A DNA stretch of 64,000 bases from the human T2T-CHM13v2.0 reference genome, Homo sapiens (GCA_009914755.4 CP086569.2:24448001-24512000), one strand, 5' to 3'; shown: positions 1 through 15,851, numbered from the stretch's first letter. The notes: generated by a model from the letters alone, not told the origin. Program-made: numbers and translations.

Positions 1-368
1 TAAAACCACAAAGATGGGGAAAAAACAGAGCAGAAAAACTGAAAATTCTAAAATCAGAGTGCCTCTCCTCCTCCAAAGGAATGCAACACCTCACCAGCAA
101 TGGAACAAAGCTGGATGGAGAATGACATGACAAGTAGAGAGAAGAAGGCTTCAGATGATCAAACTTCTCTGAGCTAAAGGAGGAAGTTCAAACCCATGGC
201 AAAGGAGTTAGAAACCTTGAAAAAAGATTAGACAAATGGCTAACTAGAATAACCAAGGCACAGAAGTCCTTAAAGGAACTGATGGAGCTGAAAGCCATGG
301 CACAAGAACTACGTGATGAATGCACAAGCTTCAGTAGTCGAGTCAATCAAATGGAAGAAAGGGTATCA

Positions 369-2066
<1,698 letters not shown>

Positions 2067-2799
2067 GAGAAATGCAAATCAAAACCACAATGAGATACCA
2101 TCTCACACCAGTTAGAATGGAGATCATTAAAAAGTCAGGAAACAACAGGTGCTGGAGAAGATGTGCAGAAATAGGAACACTTTTACACTGTTAGTGGGAC
2201 TGTAAACTAGTTGAACCATTGTGGAAGTCAGTGTGGTGATTCCTCAGGGATCTAGAACTAGAAATACCATGCAACCCAGCCATCCCATTACTGGGTATAT
2301 ACCGAAAGGACTATAAATCATACTGCTTTAAAGACACATGAACACATATGTTTATTGTGGCACTCTTCACAATAGCAAAGACTTGGAACCAACCCAAATG
2401 TCCAACAATGATAGACTGGATTAAGAAAATGTGGCACTTATACACCATGGAATACTATGCAGCCATAAAAAATGATGAGTTCATGTCCTTTTTAGGGACA
2501 TGGATGAAATTGGAAATCACCATTCTCTGTAAACTATTGCAAGAACAAAAAACCAAACACCGTATATTCTCACTCATAGGTGGGAATTGAACAATGTGAA
2601 CACATGGACACAGGAAGGGGAACATCACACTCTGGTGACTTTTTGTGGGGTTGGGGGAGGGGGGAGGGGGAGCACCTAATGCTAAATGACGAGTATATGC
2701 GCGCAGCACACCAGCATGGCACATGTACACATATGTAACTAACCTGCACATTGTGCACATGTACCCTAATACTTAAAGTATAATAATAATGAAAAAAAA
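2067..2799 (+). mobile_element. Direct 3' segment of the nested L1: ORF2 C-terminus ([30 protein letters not shown]...) plus 3'UTR plus poly(A)
   Basis: Plus-strand ORF 1934..2194 and the 3'UTR hallmark ...CACATGTACCCTAATACTTAAAGTATAATAATAATG followed by A11. The L1 coordinate where this segment starts (REMQ) abuts the end of the inverted segment (AIREM), as expected for twin priming. Confidence 0.9.
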
Positions 2800-2811
2800 A
2801 AAGAAATGAAC
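2800..2811. repeat. Target-site duplication, right copy, of the nested L1
   Basis: See left copy. Host L1 ORF1 codons (KRNEQSLQ) continue through it. Confidence 0.85.
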
Positions 2812-5330
2812 AAAGCCTCCAAGAAATATGGGACTATGTGAAAAGACCAAATCTATGTCTGATTGGTGTACCTGAAAGTGATGGGGAGAATGGTACCAAG
2901 TTGGACAACACTCTGCAGGATATTATCCCAGAGAACTTCCCCAATCTAGCAAGGCAGGCCAACATTCAAATTCAGGAAATACAGAAAATGCCACAAAGAT
3001 AATCCTCGAGAAGAGCAACTCCAAGATATATAATTGTCAGATTCACCAAAGTTGAAATGAAGGAAAAAATGTTAAGGTCAACCAGAGAGAAAGGTCGGGT
3101 TACCCACATGGGGAAGCCCATCAGACTAACAGCTGATCTCTCAGCAGAAACTCTACAAGCCAGAAGAGAATGGGGGCCAATATTCAACATTCTTAAAGGA
3201 AAGAATTTTCAACCCAGAATTTCATATCCAGCTAAACTAAGTTTCATAAGTGAAGGAGAAATAAAATACTTTACAAAGAAGAAAATGCTTTGAGATTTTG
3301 TCAGCACTAGACCTGCCCTACAAGAGCTCCTGAAGGAAGCACTCAACATGGTAAGGAAAAATTGGGACCTACCACTGCAAAAATATGCCAGATTGTGAAG
3401 ACCATCAATGCTACAAAGAAACTGCATCATCTAATGAGCAAAATAATCAGTTAACACCATAATGACAGGATCAAATTCACACATAACAATATTAACCTTA
3501 TATGTAAATGGGCTAAATGCTCCAATTAACAGACACAGACTGGCAAATTGGATAAAGAGTCAAGAACCATCAGTGTGCTGTATTTAGGAAACCCATCTCA
3601 CGTGCAGAGACACACATAGGCTCAAAATAAAGGGATGGTGGAATATCTATCAAGAAAAGGGAAAACAAAAAATGGCAGGGGTTGTAATCCTAGTCTGATA
3701 AAACAGACCGTAAACCAACATAGAACAAAAGAGACAAATAAAGCCATGACATAATGGTAAAGGGATGAATTCAACAAGAAGAGCTAACTATCCTAAATAT
3801 ATATGCACCCAATACAGGAGCACCCAGATTCATAAAGCAAGTCCTTAGACACCTACAAAGAGACTTAGACCCTCACACAATAATAATGGGAGATCTTAAC
3901 ACCCCACTGTCAACATTAGACAGATCAATGAGACAGAAGGTTAACAAGGATATCCAGGAATTGAATTTGGCTCTGCACCAAGCAGACCTAATAGACATCT
4001 GCAGAACTCTCCACCCCATATCAACAGACTATGCATTCTTCTCAGCACCACACCACACCTATTCCAAAATTGACCACATAGTTGGAAGTAAAGCACTCCT
4101 CAGCAAATGTAGAAGAACAGAAATTATAACAAACTGTCTCTCAGACCACAGTGCAATCAAACTAGATCTCAGGATTAAGAAATTCACTCAAAACTGCTCA
4201 ACTGCACGGAAACTGAACAACCTGTTCCTGAATGACTACTGGGTACATAACAAAATGAAGGCAGAAATAAAGATGTTCTTTGAAACCAATGGGAACAAAG
4301 ACACAACATACCAGAATCTCAGGGACACAGTTAAAGCATTTTGTACACAGAAACTTATAGCACTAAATGCCCACAAGAGAAAGTAGGAAAGATCTAGAAT
4401 TGACGCCCTAACATCACAATTAAAAGAACTAGAGAAGCAATAGTAAACACATTCAAAAGCTAGCAGAAGGCAAGAAAAAACTAAGATCAGAGCAGAATTG
4501 AAGGAGGCAGAGACACAAAAAACCTTTCAAAAAAATCAATGAATCCAGGAGCTGTTTTTTTTTTGAAAAGATCAATGAAACTGATAGACTGCTAACAAGA
4601 CTAATAAAGAAGAAAAGAGAGAAGAATCGATAGACGCAATAAAAAGTGATAAAGGGGATATCACGACCGATCCCACAGAAATACAAACTACAATCACACA
4701 ATACTATAAACACCTCTAGGCAAATAAACTAGAAAATCAAGACGAAATGTATAAATTCCTCAACACATACACCTCCCAAGACTGAAAAATGATGAAGCTG
4801 AATCTCTGAATAGACCAATAACAGGCTCTGAAATTGAGCGACAATTAATAGCTTACCAAGCGAAAAAATACAGGAACAGATGGATTCACAGCCTAATTCT
4901 ACCAGAGGCTCAAGGAGGAGCTGGTACCATTCCTTCTGAAGTTATTCCAATCAACAGGAAAAGAGGAAATCCTCCCTAACTCATTGTATGAGACCAACAT
5001 CATCCTGATACCAAAGCCTGGCAGAGACACAAACAAAAAAGAGAATTTTAGACCAATATCCCTGATGAACACAGATGCAAAAATCCTTAATAAAATACTG
5101 GCAAACTGAATCCAGCAACACATCAAAAAGCTTATCCACCATGATCAAGTGGGCTTCATCCCTGGGATGCAAATCTGGTTCAACATATGCAAATCAATAA
5201 ATGTAATCCAGCATATAAACCAAACCAAAAACAAAAAACGCATGACTATACCAATAGATGCAGAAAAGGCCTCCGACAAAATTCAACAGCCCTTCATGCT
5301 AAAAACTCTCAATAAATTCAGTAGTGATGA

Positions 5331-5471
<141 letters not shown>

Positions 5472-8400
5472 TAGGAATTTCTGGCCAGGGCAGTCAGGCA
5501 GGAGAAGGAAATAAAAGGTATTCAATTAGGAAATCAGGAAGTCAAATTGTCCCTGTTTGCAGATGACAGGATTGTATATCTAGAAAACCCTATTGTCTCA
5601 GCCCAAAATCTTCTTAAGCTGATAAGCAACCTCAGCAAAACCTCGGGATACAAAATCAATGTGCAAAAATCACAAGCATTCTTATACACCAATAACAGAC
5701 AAAGAGAGCCAAATCATGAGTGAACTCCCATTCACAATTGCTTCAAAGAGAATAAAATACCTAGGAATCCAACTTACAAGGGATGTGAAGGACCACTTCA
5801 AGGAGAACTACAAACCACTGCTCAATTAAATAAAAGAGGATACAAACAAATGGAAGAACATTCCATGCTCATGGGTAGGAAGAATCAATATCGTGAAAAT
5901 GGCCATACTGCCCAAGGTAATTTACAGATTCAGTGCCATGCCCATCAAGCTACCAATGACTTTCCGCACAGAATTGGAAAAAAACTACTTTAAAGTTCAT
6001 ATGGAACCAAAAAAGAGCCCGCACTGCCAAGCCAATCCTAAGCCAAAAGAACAAAGCTGGTGGCATCATGCTACCTGACTTCAAACTACACTACAAGGCT
6101 ACAGTAACCAAAACAGCATGGTACTGGTACCAAACCAGAGATATAGACCAATGGAACAGAACAGAGACCTCAGAAATAATGCCACACATCTACAACTATC
6201 TGACCTTTGACAAACCTGAGAAAGAAAAAGAAATGGGAAAAGGATTCCCTATTTAATAAATGGTGCTAGGAAAACTAACTAGCCATATATAGAAAGCGGA
6301 AACTGGATCCCTTCCTTACACCTTACACAAAAATTAATTCAAGATGGGTTAAAGACCTAAATGTTAGACCTAAAACCAGAAAAATCCTAGAAGAAAACCT
6401 AGGCAATACCATTCAGGACATAGTCATGTGTAAGGACTTCATGTCTAAAACACAAGAAGCAATGACAACACAAGCCAAAATTCACAAATGGGACCTAATG
6501 AAACTAAAGCGCTTCTGCACAGCAAAAGAAACTACCAAAAGAGCAAACGGGCAACCTACAGAATGGGAGAAAATGTTTGCAATCTACTCATCTGACAAAG
6601 GGTTAATATCCAGAATCTACAAAGAACTCAAACAAATTTACAAGAAAAAAACAAACAACCCCTTCAAAAAGCGGGCGAAGGATATGAACAGACACTTCTC
6701 AGAAGAAGACATGTATGCAGCCAAAAGACACATGAAAAAATGCTCATCATCACGGGCCATCAGAGAAATGCAAATCAAAACCACAATGAGATACCATCTC
6801 ACACCAGTTAGAATGGAGTTCATTAAAAAGTCAGGAAACAACAGGTGCTGGAGAGGATGTGGAGAAATAGGAACACTTTTACACTGTTGGTGGGACTGTA
6901 AACTAGCTCAACCATTGTGGAAGTCAGTGTGGTGATTCCTCAGGGATCTGGAACTAGAAATACCATTCGACCCAGCCATCCCATTACTGGGTATACACCC
7001 AAAAGATTATAAATCATGTTGCTATAAAGACACATGCACACGTATGTTTATTGCGGCATCATTCACAATAGCAGACTTGGAACCAACCCAAATGTCCAAC
7101 AATGATAGACTGGATTAAGAAAATGTGGCACATATACACTATGGAATACTGTGCAGCCATAAAAAAGGATGAGTTCATGTCTTTGCAGGGACATGGATGA
7201 GTTCTTGTCCTTTGCAGGGACATGGATGAAGCTGGAAATCATCATTCTCAGCAAACTACCACAAGGACAGAAACCAAACACCACATGTTCTCACTCATAG
7301 ATGGGAACTGAACAATGAGAACACTTGGACACAGGAAGGGGAACATCACACACCAGGGCCTGTTGTGGGGTGGAGGGTTGGGGGAGGGGGGAGGGATAGC
7401 ATTAGGAGATACACCTAACGTAAATGATGAGTTAATGGGTGCAGCACACCAACATGGCACATGTATACATATGTAACAAACGTGCACGTTGTGCACATGT
7501 AGCCTAAAACTTAAAGTGTAATAAAAAAAGAAAGAAACTAATAATGCCAATAGATTTGTAGCCATAATTTAAGAAACATTTTTCTAAAATATACGTAAAC
7601 ATGTAAGAATATCTTTACCTTCAGAGCATGCTTTTGCTGTTAGGTTATTCATCAGAAAAGAAAATATTGAAAAGATAAATTAAAATATTTATGCAGACAC
7701 AGTCAGCTCTATATTGTTATGGTATACTTTGTGAACTAAGTAGTTCATAAGTGTGAGTATACAATGTATAGGTTTTAATTTGTTAAATTAATATAAAGCA
7801 CTTAAAATGTGGCTTATAAGTAAGCACTTTTTAAAGAAATGTTCTTTTAAATTCTGGTACGCACAATTTATAGACAAACTCAGAAAAATAAGTTTGGTTT
7901 GCATTGCATAGATATTTAAAAGTATTTTCTTAAGTTACCTTTTATTTTGCAACACAATTCATAGAATGAAATAATTTTACCATGGAAAATACAGTCGTTC
8001 AGCTAATAAAATATTTTTTTCAGGAACATAAATAAAATATTTATTTTACTAGAGCTCTGTTAATGAAGAATGCTATTTATTATACACAAATTGAGGACAG
8101 AGAAATTGCCTATGTGTGTATATATATATTTTTAATTTTGGTAGTTTGGGTCAAATCACTGCATTTATCTACTAAGCAAATAAAATAAGGTCTCCAAATA
8201 TATATGACAACCAAAAAGAGAAGATACAAGATTAAGATTTGGAAACTTTACATTCCTAATTGATTTATTTTTCTCGCTTTCTTTTAATGTTATTTTACTC
8301 ATTATTGCTTGCTTCTTGTAAACTTCTTTAAATTTAATTATTATTTTTCCCCTTTATGCATTATTTTACAAAATAAGCAGACACCATGTAGAGTGAGCTT

Positions 8401-8589
8401 ATTGCTAATATTTGAGAGGGGGATGAAACATGGATGACTATTTCATAATAAAAATACTTCTTTTAAGGTTGATCAGACTACCACAGTTGAAGACAGTAAA
8501 AAATGAAAACAATGTATAACGTATTTTGGCATTTTAATTTTCTTTCCTTATTTTTTTTAAATACAGAAGTTTCTTGGGCCACCCTTCCT

Positions 8590-8760
8590 TTGATTTATGT
8601 TATGCTCCTCTTTCCCTGCTTCCTCTGCGGCTCTCGCGGCGGGTGGTACATCCGAGTTTCTAAGCTTTTTAGCTGGGTATGCCTCTAGCCTCTACTGTTC
8701 CTTCAGCCCCTGGTGACAGGGGGTCGCGTACGGGTGTTCTCAGAAAATCAGGAAAATGAG
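8590..8760 (+). promoter_or_regulatory. Small CpG cluster in otherwise AT-rich unique DNA. Candidate TSS or non-coding first exon for the downstream RBMY-like gene (GAG|GTAAAA donor-like site at ~8758).
   Basis: Local CpG density (CTCGCGGCGGGTGG, TCCGAG, GTCGCGTACGGG) contrasts with its surroundings. A second candidate is 9230..9554 (GGGCGCCATTTTTTT motif, consensus donor ACC|GTAAGT at 9554/9555). The coding exon at 11002 is preceded by a strong acceptor. Confidence 0.2.
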
Positions 8761-9670
8761 GTAAAAAATTCATAAATTTAAGCAGAGTGGACATGTTTTT
8801 ATCTCAGGAGAAAGAGTTAATGTCTAAGTCATCTCCTGCAAATAGATGAAATGTGGTAAAGACCATTTCTCTCAGGCTTTTTTTTTGGCAAATGTTAAGA
8901 AATGTTATAATTGTTATTGGGTGTGGACTTATGTTTATGAGTACAACTGTATATCTGAAAGTGTTGGATATCAGTTTGTGCTACCAAAAAGCAGCTTTAT
9001 TTTATGTTTCTTTGCACAGATTCGTTTCTTGGCATGAATACAAAGACCCTGAAGTTTTTGGATTTTGTCTATTCAGGAGGATGGGTTTTCAATGTGTGGG
9101 TGTTGAATTATGGGAAGAAACAGTAGGGAGAGAACTCCTTAGTGCTATTAAGAAACTCACTTTTGTTAAACTCACTGATTTTTCTTGAGGATTCTTCCCT
9201 TTACCGTCGTAAATTTCCGACATGCCAGCAAGCTGTGGGAGACGGAGCTAGGGCGCCATTTTTTTCATGTGCACTTTTTGTTAAAGCGTTTTTTCTCTGT
9301 GAATGTGGTCATAATTCAAATAAATCGACAATATACTTAACCATTTGATTAAAAACTGGTACTTTTACTCATCACATGTCAAATTTGTGATTTGCTTGAG
9401 AGGAATTATGAACTTTTGACAAATTGCGTTACTTTAGTGTTATGAGGAAATCTGGGGCCACAAATAATCTCAGTTTAAATTTGTCTCCGAAAAGCCTTTG
9501 TCTCCTTCATTGTATGACAGTATTTGAAACATGTTTCATTTATCTCTGGCACCGTAAGTAATTTAAACCGAATAAGTGGGTGTAATCGAGATAAATGGTG
9601 ATATCCTAAAACGGAGAAAAAATAAATGCGTTTAAGTTATTCTACTAACTTGGCACACTGACTTACTCTT

Positions 9671-9739
9671 GTAATCCTACTATTTTGGGAAGAGGAGGTG
9701 TGAGGATGGCTTGGAATCACGAGTTGGAGACCATCCTGC
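9671..9739 (+). mobile_element. Alu fragment (left-monomer piece)
   Basis: TGTAATCCTACTATTTTGGGAAGAGGAGGTGTGAGGATGGCTTGGAATCACGAGTTGGAGACCATCCTG matches Alu positions ~20-95. Confidence 0.7.
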
Positions 9740-9765
9740 ATAATATAATGAGCTCCTTTAATTTA

Positions 9766-10246
9766 TTGCCATTTTGGCACCAGGGACAGGTTTAGTGGAA
9801 GGCATTTTTCCACAGACAAGAGGAGAGCAGGGGGAGAAGGTGGTGAGGTGGACACCTTGGGGAGGTTGGGGGCGGCCGTTCCAGGAGGAGTACAGTGTAG
9901 GAAGGGGTTTCAGGCCAGAGCAGTGTGACGGGGGGCAGTGGTGGGACAGCGGGGCTGCGAGGGGGACAGGGCAGGCCAGCGGGGAATAGGGAGGATGGAT
10001 TCTGGATGAAACTGTTCCACCTCAGGTCACACTCAGGCATTACAATCTTCTAGGGAGAGCGCCACCTAGATCCTCGTATGCGCAGTTCACAGTAGGGCTC
10101 TTACTCCTGTGAGAACCCAATGTCTTCGCTGATCTGACAGGAGGCGGGGCTCAGGCAGTGCCAGAGGTTCACCACCTGTTCTGCAGCCAGGTTCCTAACA
10201 GGCCACAGACAGATACCGGTTGGAGACCAGGGTTTGGGGATCCCTG
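9766..10246. mobile_element. Ancient GC-rich palindromic non-autonomous DNA-transposon-like repeat (hAT/MER-type; I recognise the consensus but am unsure of the family name, possibly MER3-like)
   Basis: Ends ...TTTTGGCACCAGGGACAGGTTTAGTGGAAGGCATTTTTCCACAGACA... and ...CCGGTTGGAGACCAGGGTTTGGGGATCCCTG. The internal block GATGAAACTGTTCCACCTCAGGTCACACTCAGGCATTACAATCTTCTAGGGAGAGCGCC...CTCGTATGCGCAGTTCACAGTAGGGCTCTTACTCCTGTGAGAACCCAATG is the diverged form of a widely dispersed palindromic mammalian repeat. ORFs 9774..9989(+) and 9792..10040(-) are artefacts of this GC-rich repeat. Confidence 0.55.
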
Positions 10247-10356
10247 ATCTATTGTATATTTCAAATCACTAAAATATTGCAAACAATTTAAAATATTCTC
10301 CCCGAAGAAAGCATGTATTTTATTTAACTTGATTTAATCATTTATTAAAATATCAA

Positions 10357-10640
10357 GCTGGGCGTGGACATTCACCCTTCAAGTCTCATCACCTTGGTGG
10401 CACCAGGCCAGAAGATCGCTTGAGCCCAGGAGTTCGAGACCAGCTTGGGTACCATGGGGAAACCGTGTCTGTTAAAGAAACACACAAAAAAAATGCCTAC
10501 AAGCTGTGATAGTGATCTCCTGTAGTCCTAGCTATTTGGGAAGCTGAAACGTGGGAGGATCACTTGAGGCTCGGTAGAGGAGGCTGCAGTGAGCAGTGCA
10601 CATTGGCAATAGGAAATTGACATCTCAAGAAAAAAAAAAC
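10357..10640 (+). mobile_element. Alu (old, AluJ/FLAM-like, diverged) with A-tail
   Basis: GGCGTGG...CTTGAGCCCAGGAGTTCGAGACCAGC...GTAGTCCTAGCTATTTGGGAAGCTGAAACGTGGGAGGATCACTTGAGGC...GCAGTGAGC, then A10. Confidence 0.8.
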
Positions 10641-10960
10641 ACAAAACATCACATTGTACTGTATAAATATATAGTTTTCAAATAGAATTATTTAAATGGG
10701 GCATTCTGCGTATTACAGCTTAAGAAAATTACAATAGCTTTTCTCATCTCATTTTTACAAACAAGTTTTTGTCAGGTACGTATTAAAATGCAGCATTTGT
10801 CCATGAAGTCACTGCCCCTTTCGCTCTGCATGTTACAAATTTTAACTACTTAAATTAAGAAATAGTAGAAAGATGTCAGCCTCCGTAAGGGAATTTCCCT
10901 AGAGTTTTCAACACAGTATGTAATAAAATTTTATCTTTTGGCTTATTTATTGTTATCTAG

Positions 10961-11233
<273 letters not shown>

Positions 11234-11530
11234 TAAATTAAAATATATATTTGTTTTAAAGTGTTATTTTCAAGTTTCTTTTCGATACTGGGAAAATTCT
11301 TATGGCAGCAGGCGAAGGTTCTTTGGTAAAGGTTACCTACTACTGAGAAAGGAAACTGAGCAAAAGTACATATGTTGTGGAGGTAGGGAGCAAATTGGAA
11401 TAAAATAGGCTGAATACAGAGGTGACTTAGTATTAAAAATCATAGTAATGATGTGAAATGCAATTTTTTTGGTTTGTTAGTACTATGGTGAGTCCATTAT
11501 ATAAATGTAAAATGTTTTCATATATTTTAG

Positions 11531-11632
11531 TTCTTTTGATAAATGATTGGGAAACCAGCAACTTCAGATGCTTTGTACTTATTTTGAAAACCTGCAGATG
11601 CTAAGAATGCTGTCAAAGATATGAAGGGAAAC
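11531..11632 (+). pseudogene. RBMY-like exon 2 remnant (RRM RNP region) with a 1-bp deletion frameshift
   Basis: TTTTAG|TTCTTTTGATAAATGAT...TTTGAAAACCTGCAGATGCTAAGAATGCTGTCAAAGATATGAAGGGAAAC|GTAAGA corresponds to VLLIKDR...FENPADAKNAAKDMNGK. CCCTGCAGATGCT has become CCTGCAGATGCT, shifting the frame. Confidence 0.75.
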
Positions 11633-14020
11633 GTAAGAGTCCCTTATTAATAATATCCTAACTGTTCCTCACTTAACAGAATTTCAAGGTCTTTTTCATA
11701 TTACTAAACTTTTGAAGATAGCATAATGTCATATGATCTGAAATGCTTTAGCCATCCTCTTCTTTTGGTCATCTAAGTGCAACGGTAGTTGGAAGGATAT
11801 TGGAATAAATGTTACATAAATCAATATATGGTAATCTTATTTGTATGTTAGTATTTAAATACAAGTATAAATAGATTTTCAAAGCTTTCAAGCAGCTTTA
11901 AAACTTAGAAGGAACCCTCACAAAAGTGAGATAAATAAATCAGCATTTATTAAATTCTATTAATGGAATTACTTCCAATTCATGGAAATACTTCTATAGC
12001 ATAGACAAACTATGGATAGACAGGTAGACGGACTTACAAGATGGAAATCTTATACAGAGAGACATCTAGACCGACTCACAAGAAGGAAAGATTCTTTCTC
12101 ATTTTCTGAAAGTACATTCTTAAGCAAGTGTATTTAAACAAGACCTTTACATTTAAGGAAATGTTAAGTACTTGAAAGTAGAAAATAATATGAGTACATT
12201 GAAGTTGGGTAACAGAACTACTAACTGGCATTTCTGCCCCATCCTTGCTCTTTTTCTCCTAAAATCATTTTTATCCTGTCACCAGAGTGATTTATGTAAC
12301 ATGAATACCTAATGACTCATTTTACCAGTGTGTTTGAGGACTTATTTTGATCCAACCAATTGTCTCTGTCTTACTGAATCTTAAATTCTAGGGATTGTGT
12401 GTTTATTACAGCTGTAAACCTTTTTATAATTCTATTACCTACTGAATTCCTTTGTATTACCATCAAAATCATTGCATTCTGGGTACGTTGGAGCTGTTTT
12501 GTTTTATAACATCATCTCAGTCTCTTTTTAGTTCCCGTTACTCTTCATGCTTTCACCAATATGCTTTTTCGGACTTCTTAAGAGTTATTCTTCCTGGCAT
12601 ATGTCTCACAAATAGCAACTTATGCTTCAAAGACAGCTTAGATTTTACATTTTCTTCTTTATTTTATATTGTGGGTATTTTGTCCTCACTGTACCATGTA
12701 TTAATCTGTTGATAATTGTCTTTAGTGCATATTTAAGTTTTCCTAGTTGCTTTTATTTCTGGTACATCTAGCACACTTCCTGGTTCATCGAAGAAAGTAC
12801 ATTTTTATTCACCTTTATACTTTCATATTTTAAATTTGGGTAGAAACTGAAAGTTGCTCATGGTTTGGTGTTAGGTATGGAAATAATTTTGACTGATGTA
12901 TAGTAATAATTTCTTTTTCCTCAAAGTTTTCAAGCACAAGAACAGATGATTTCTGTAGAAATTCTAAATTACTTCATCTAACATATCTTATTGTGTAAGA
13001 ACAAATATAAATGTAATATGCACACAAAAGTTAAGAATGGAAATAAAGGAAGTACTTAGAGGTTTCAGGGGGAATGAACAGTTTAAGAAAGTTTGGCTGA
13101 CTTCCGAATACTGGGAAGGAAGCAGTCATGTGCAAATCTGGGGAACATATTTTGGGCCCAGAAATAACAAAAGAAGTCCCAAGGTTGAAACGACTGCCTA
13201 TGTAACTGCAAGAGGTCTTGGAAAGGATTTAAGATCTTCCCCCAAAAACAAAGCAATGCCATTTTTAAATACAATTTTTGCTGACATTTTTTTTCAAAAA
13301 TTACCTTAGCCTATAGAAAAGATTAAACTGAAGAAAGTTATTATGAAATTAATTAGAACATTTAAGCATTTCTGAGAAATAACATGAAGTACTATATTAA
13401 GAGTCATTTATTAGGGACTCTTCTAAGGCAAGATAATAAATGAGTAAGGCAAAAAATCTGAATGAGACCAAGGAAGGATCACAGTTACAGAAACAGAACT
13501 AGACTAAATATAGAATTGTAAATCATATTGGGACATTTTATGTAAGTATTAGCAGAACAAACAAGAAACAATTCAGAATGAATAATATGGCTAATCACTT
13601 GGAATAAATAATCTTTTTATTAGATGACACATTATTACATATACCCTTGGGACACTGAAACAATTAAATAAGTGATGTGACTACAAAGATGAAGTAGATC
13701 ATACATTGGAAAAAAGAGATGTGCTACATTATCCCATAGATGGGTGATGGGCTAATTTTTTTTGAGATGATGTTTTTAATACTGGAAAACTTTTCAAGGA
13801 ATTTGAATAACAGAATTTGTGTTTGATCCCTTAATGGAAGGTATGTGGTCAGTAAACATCTCAAATTTGGCACTGTGAAAGACATCATCATTTCAGAAAA
13901 AAAATATATTTGCTTTGGGAGAAAACATCTAGAACTGAAATATAGTGGATGCAAAAATGTTTGTAAAATGTGTTTGGTTAAATGTGACAGTGTTATTGAT
14001 AGGACAGTTAATACTTTTGG

Positions 14021-14197
14021 TCTTTGGATGGAAAAGCAATAAAAGTAGAACAAGTCAAGAAAACATCTTTTCAAAGTGATGGTAGGTGGAGATCACCACC
14101 TTCCTGGAGAAACAGGAGCCCTTCAGGAAGTCTGAGATCTGCAAGAGGAGGTAGTAGAGGACAAGAGGGTTGTGTCCCTCATGTGAAGGACAACTGG
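14021..14197 (+). pseudogene. RBMY-like exon (KAIKVEQ...[16 protein letters not shown]...); acceptor AG lost (TTTTGG|TCTTTGGATGG); 3' boundary uncertain (14168 or 14197)
   Basis: Translation [50 protein letters not shown]. The [12 protein letters not shown] stretch is RBMY-type, not RBMX-type (from memory). Confidence 0.75.
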
Positions 14198-15574
14198 GTA
14201 ATGTTTTAAAATATAAAGATGGAACCGTAGGACTGAAAGACAATAAGTTTGAAGATATCAAAATTTCTCAATTTTATTTACTTTATGTACAGAAAATGAA
14301 CTTACTGATAATGAGCAAAATTATTTGTAAGTACTAAAGATAAATTATAAGAAAGATAGAAATAATATGAAAATTTTATTTTAAAATCTTAATTACTTTG
14401 CATTGAAATAACACGCATTTAAAACCAAATTGAGTTTATTAATGTTGATTTTCTGTACTCAACAGGTTTTCTGCAGAACTCGTTTACATTCATTATGCTA
14501 TAGAGTTTCTTATTTTGGGAGCCAGAACTTCGTATAAAATGTATTATCAAAATAAGATGGAATCTTGAAAACCTTCCAACAGGAAATAAGTAACTCATTA
14601 TTTTAGGATTGATCTTATAATATTTGTTATTTATGTATACACATGGAAATATCTATACAAATATATTCCTTTGCCATTTTGATATACGTAATTTGCACAT
14701 TGGCCTGCCATAAAGCATTTTGCATTTAAGAAATCTATAACTTCAGTTTCTCAAAAGAGTCTGTGACTCAGGAAAATCTAAAAACCACTGCTTCACAAAT
14801 ATGAAGCAGTGGTTTCTTTGCTGGAAGATGAGACACTGAAAATGGTATTTATGAATGATTTACTCAATAGGAATGAGGGGTCAATTTTTACTTAAAAAAA
14901 TCCATGTATTTTAAAAAATTGGTTCAATTGTATTATCTATTAACCAACCTTCAAAAACCTAACATCTGAGTTTTAATAACCAGATGTGTAATTCACTGGA
15001 TATGTTTTCTCAAGTTGAAATTGCAGTGTTTGCTCCATTTTAAGGTACATAGCTTCATGGTATTTTTTTTCTCAATTGATCTTGAGGGTGAAGATTAATA
15101 CTACTCTGCCATGTATGAGAATATGCATTTTCTTACCTGTGACACCACGAGGGCATTAGAATATATCTACATTTTTTGTAGCTATATGAAAATATCTTTT
15201 ATTATTTAATATTAAATTCTTAAAGATTATTAAAATTGAGCATAGCCTAAGCTAAAATTTAATATTTCATAATGGATTTGTAAGGATTGTATTTCTGATA
15301 CAAATTTTACAGATAATGTATTTTTCTGAGGTGTCATTTTTTGATTTTGTAAATATTTTAGCTTTTTTGAATGGAATTTGTTGTACCCTTATGATACGTT
15401 TTGACGAGGCTTTCTTCATACCATAATTATATGAACAGTAATATATTATTTTTCTCCTATTTTTCTTTATCTAGATTATATTTATATATTTAACTGATAG
15501 ATTTTTGCTCTCTCTTCACCCTGCATTTATCCCACATCTTTCTCTCACACCAATATAAAATGATTCTTGTGTTA

Positions 15575-15851
15575 TTTTTTAGATTTTCTTCAGTTGCCAG
15601 GCTGGAATGCAGTGGCACGATCTCAGCTCACTGCAACCTCTGGCTCCCAGCCAAGTGATTCTCCTGCTTTAGCTTCCCGTGTAGCTGGGACTACAGTTGT
15701 GTGCCAAGAGGCCCAGTGAATTTTTGTATTTTTAGTAGAGATGGGGTTTCACCATGTTGCCCAGGATGGTCTTGATCTCTTAACTTCGTGATCCGCCCAC
15801 CTCAGACTCCCAAAGTGCTGTGATTACAGGCATGAGCCACTGCACCCAGCC
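15575..15851 (-). mobile_element. Alu (minus orientation) in an RBMY-like intron
   Basis: Reverse-complement Alu: ...GCCAGGCTGGAATGCAGTGGCACGATCTCAGCTCACTGCAACCTC...TTTTAGTAGAGATGGGGTTTCACCATGTTGCCCAGGATGG...GATTACAGGCATGAGCCACTGCACCCAGCC. Confidence 0.9.

Noticed and set aside
9774-10040. Overlapping GC-rich ORFs 9774..9989(+) and 9792..10040(-) (Pro/Gly/Arg-rich)
   Set aside because: They sit inside the G-rich core of a palindromic DNA-transposon relic. Such composition yields open frames on both strands by chance.
13037-13309. 90-aa ORF inside intron 2 of the RBMY-like locus
   Set aside because: No recognisable similarity. It has an overlapping antisense ORF (13083..13274) and AT-rich intronic context. 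Treated as a chance ORF.
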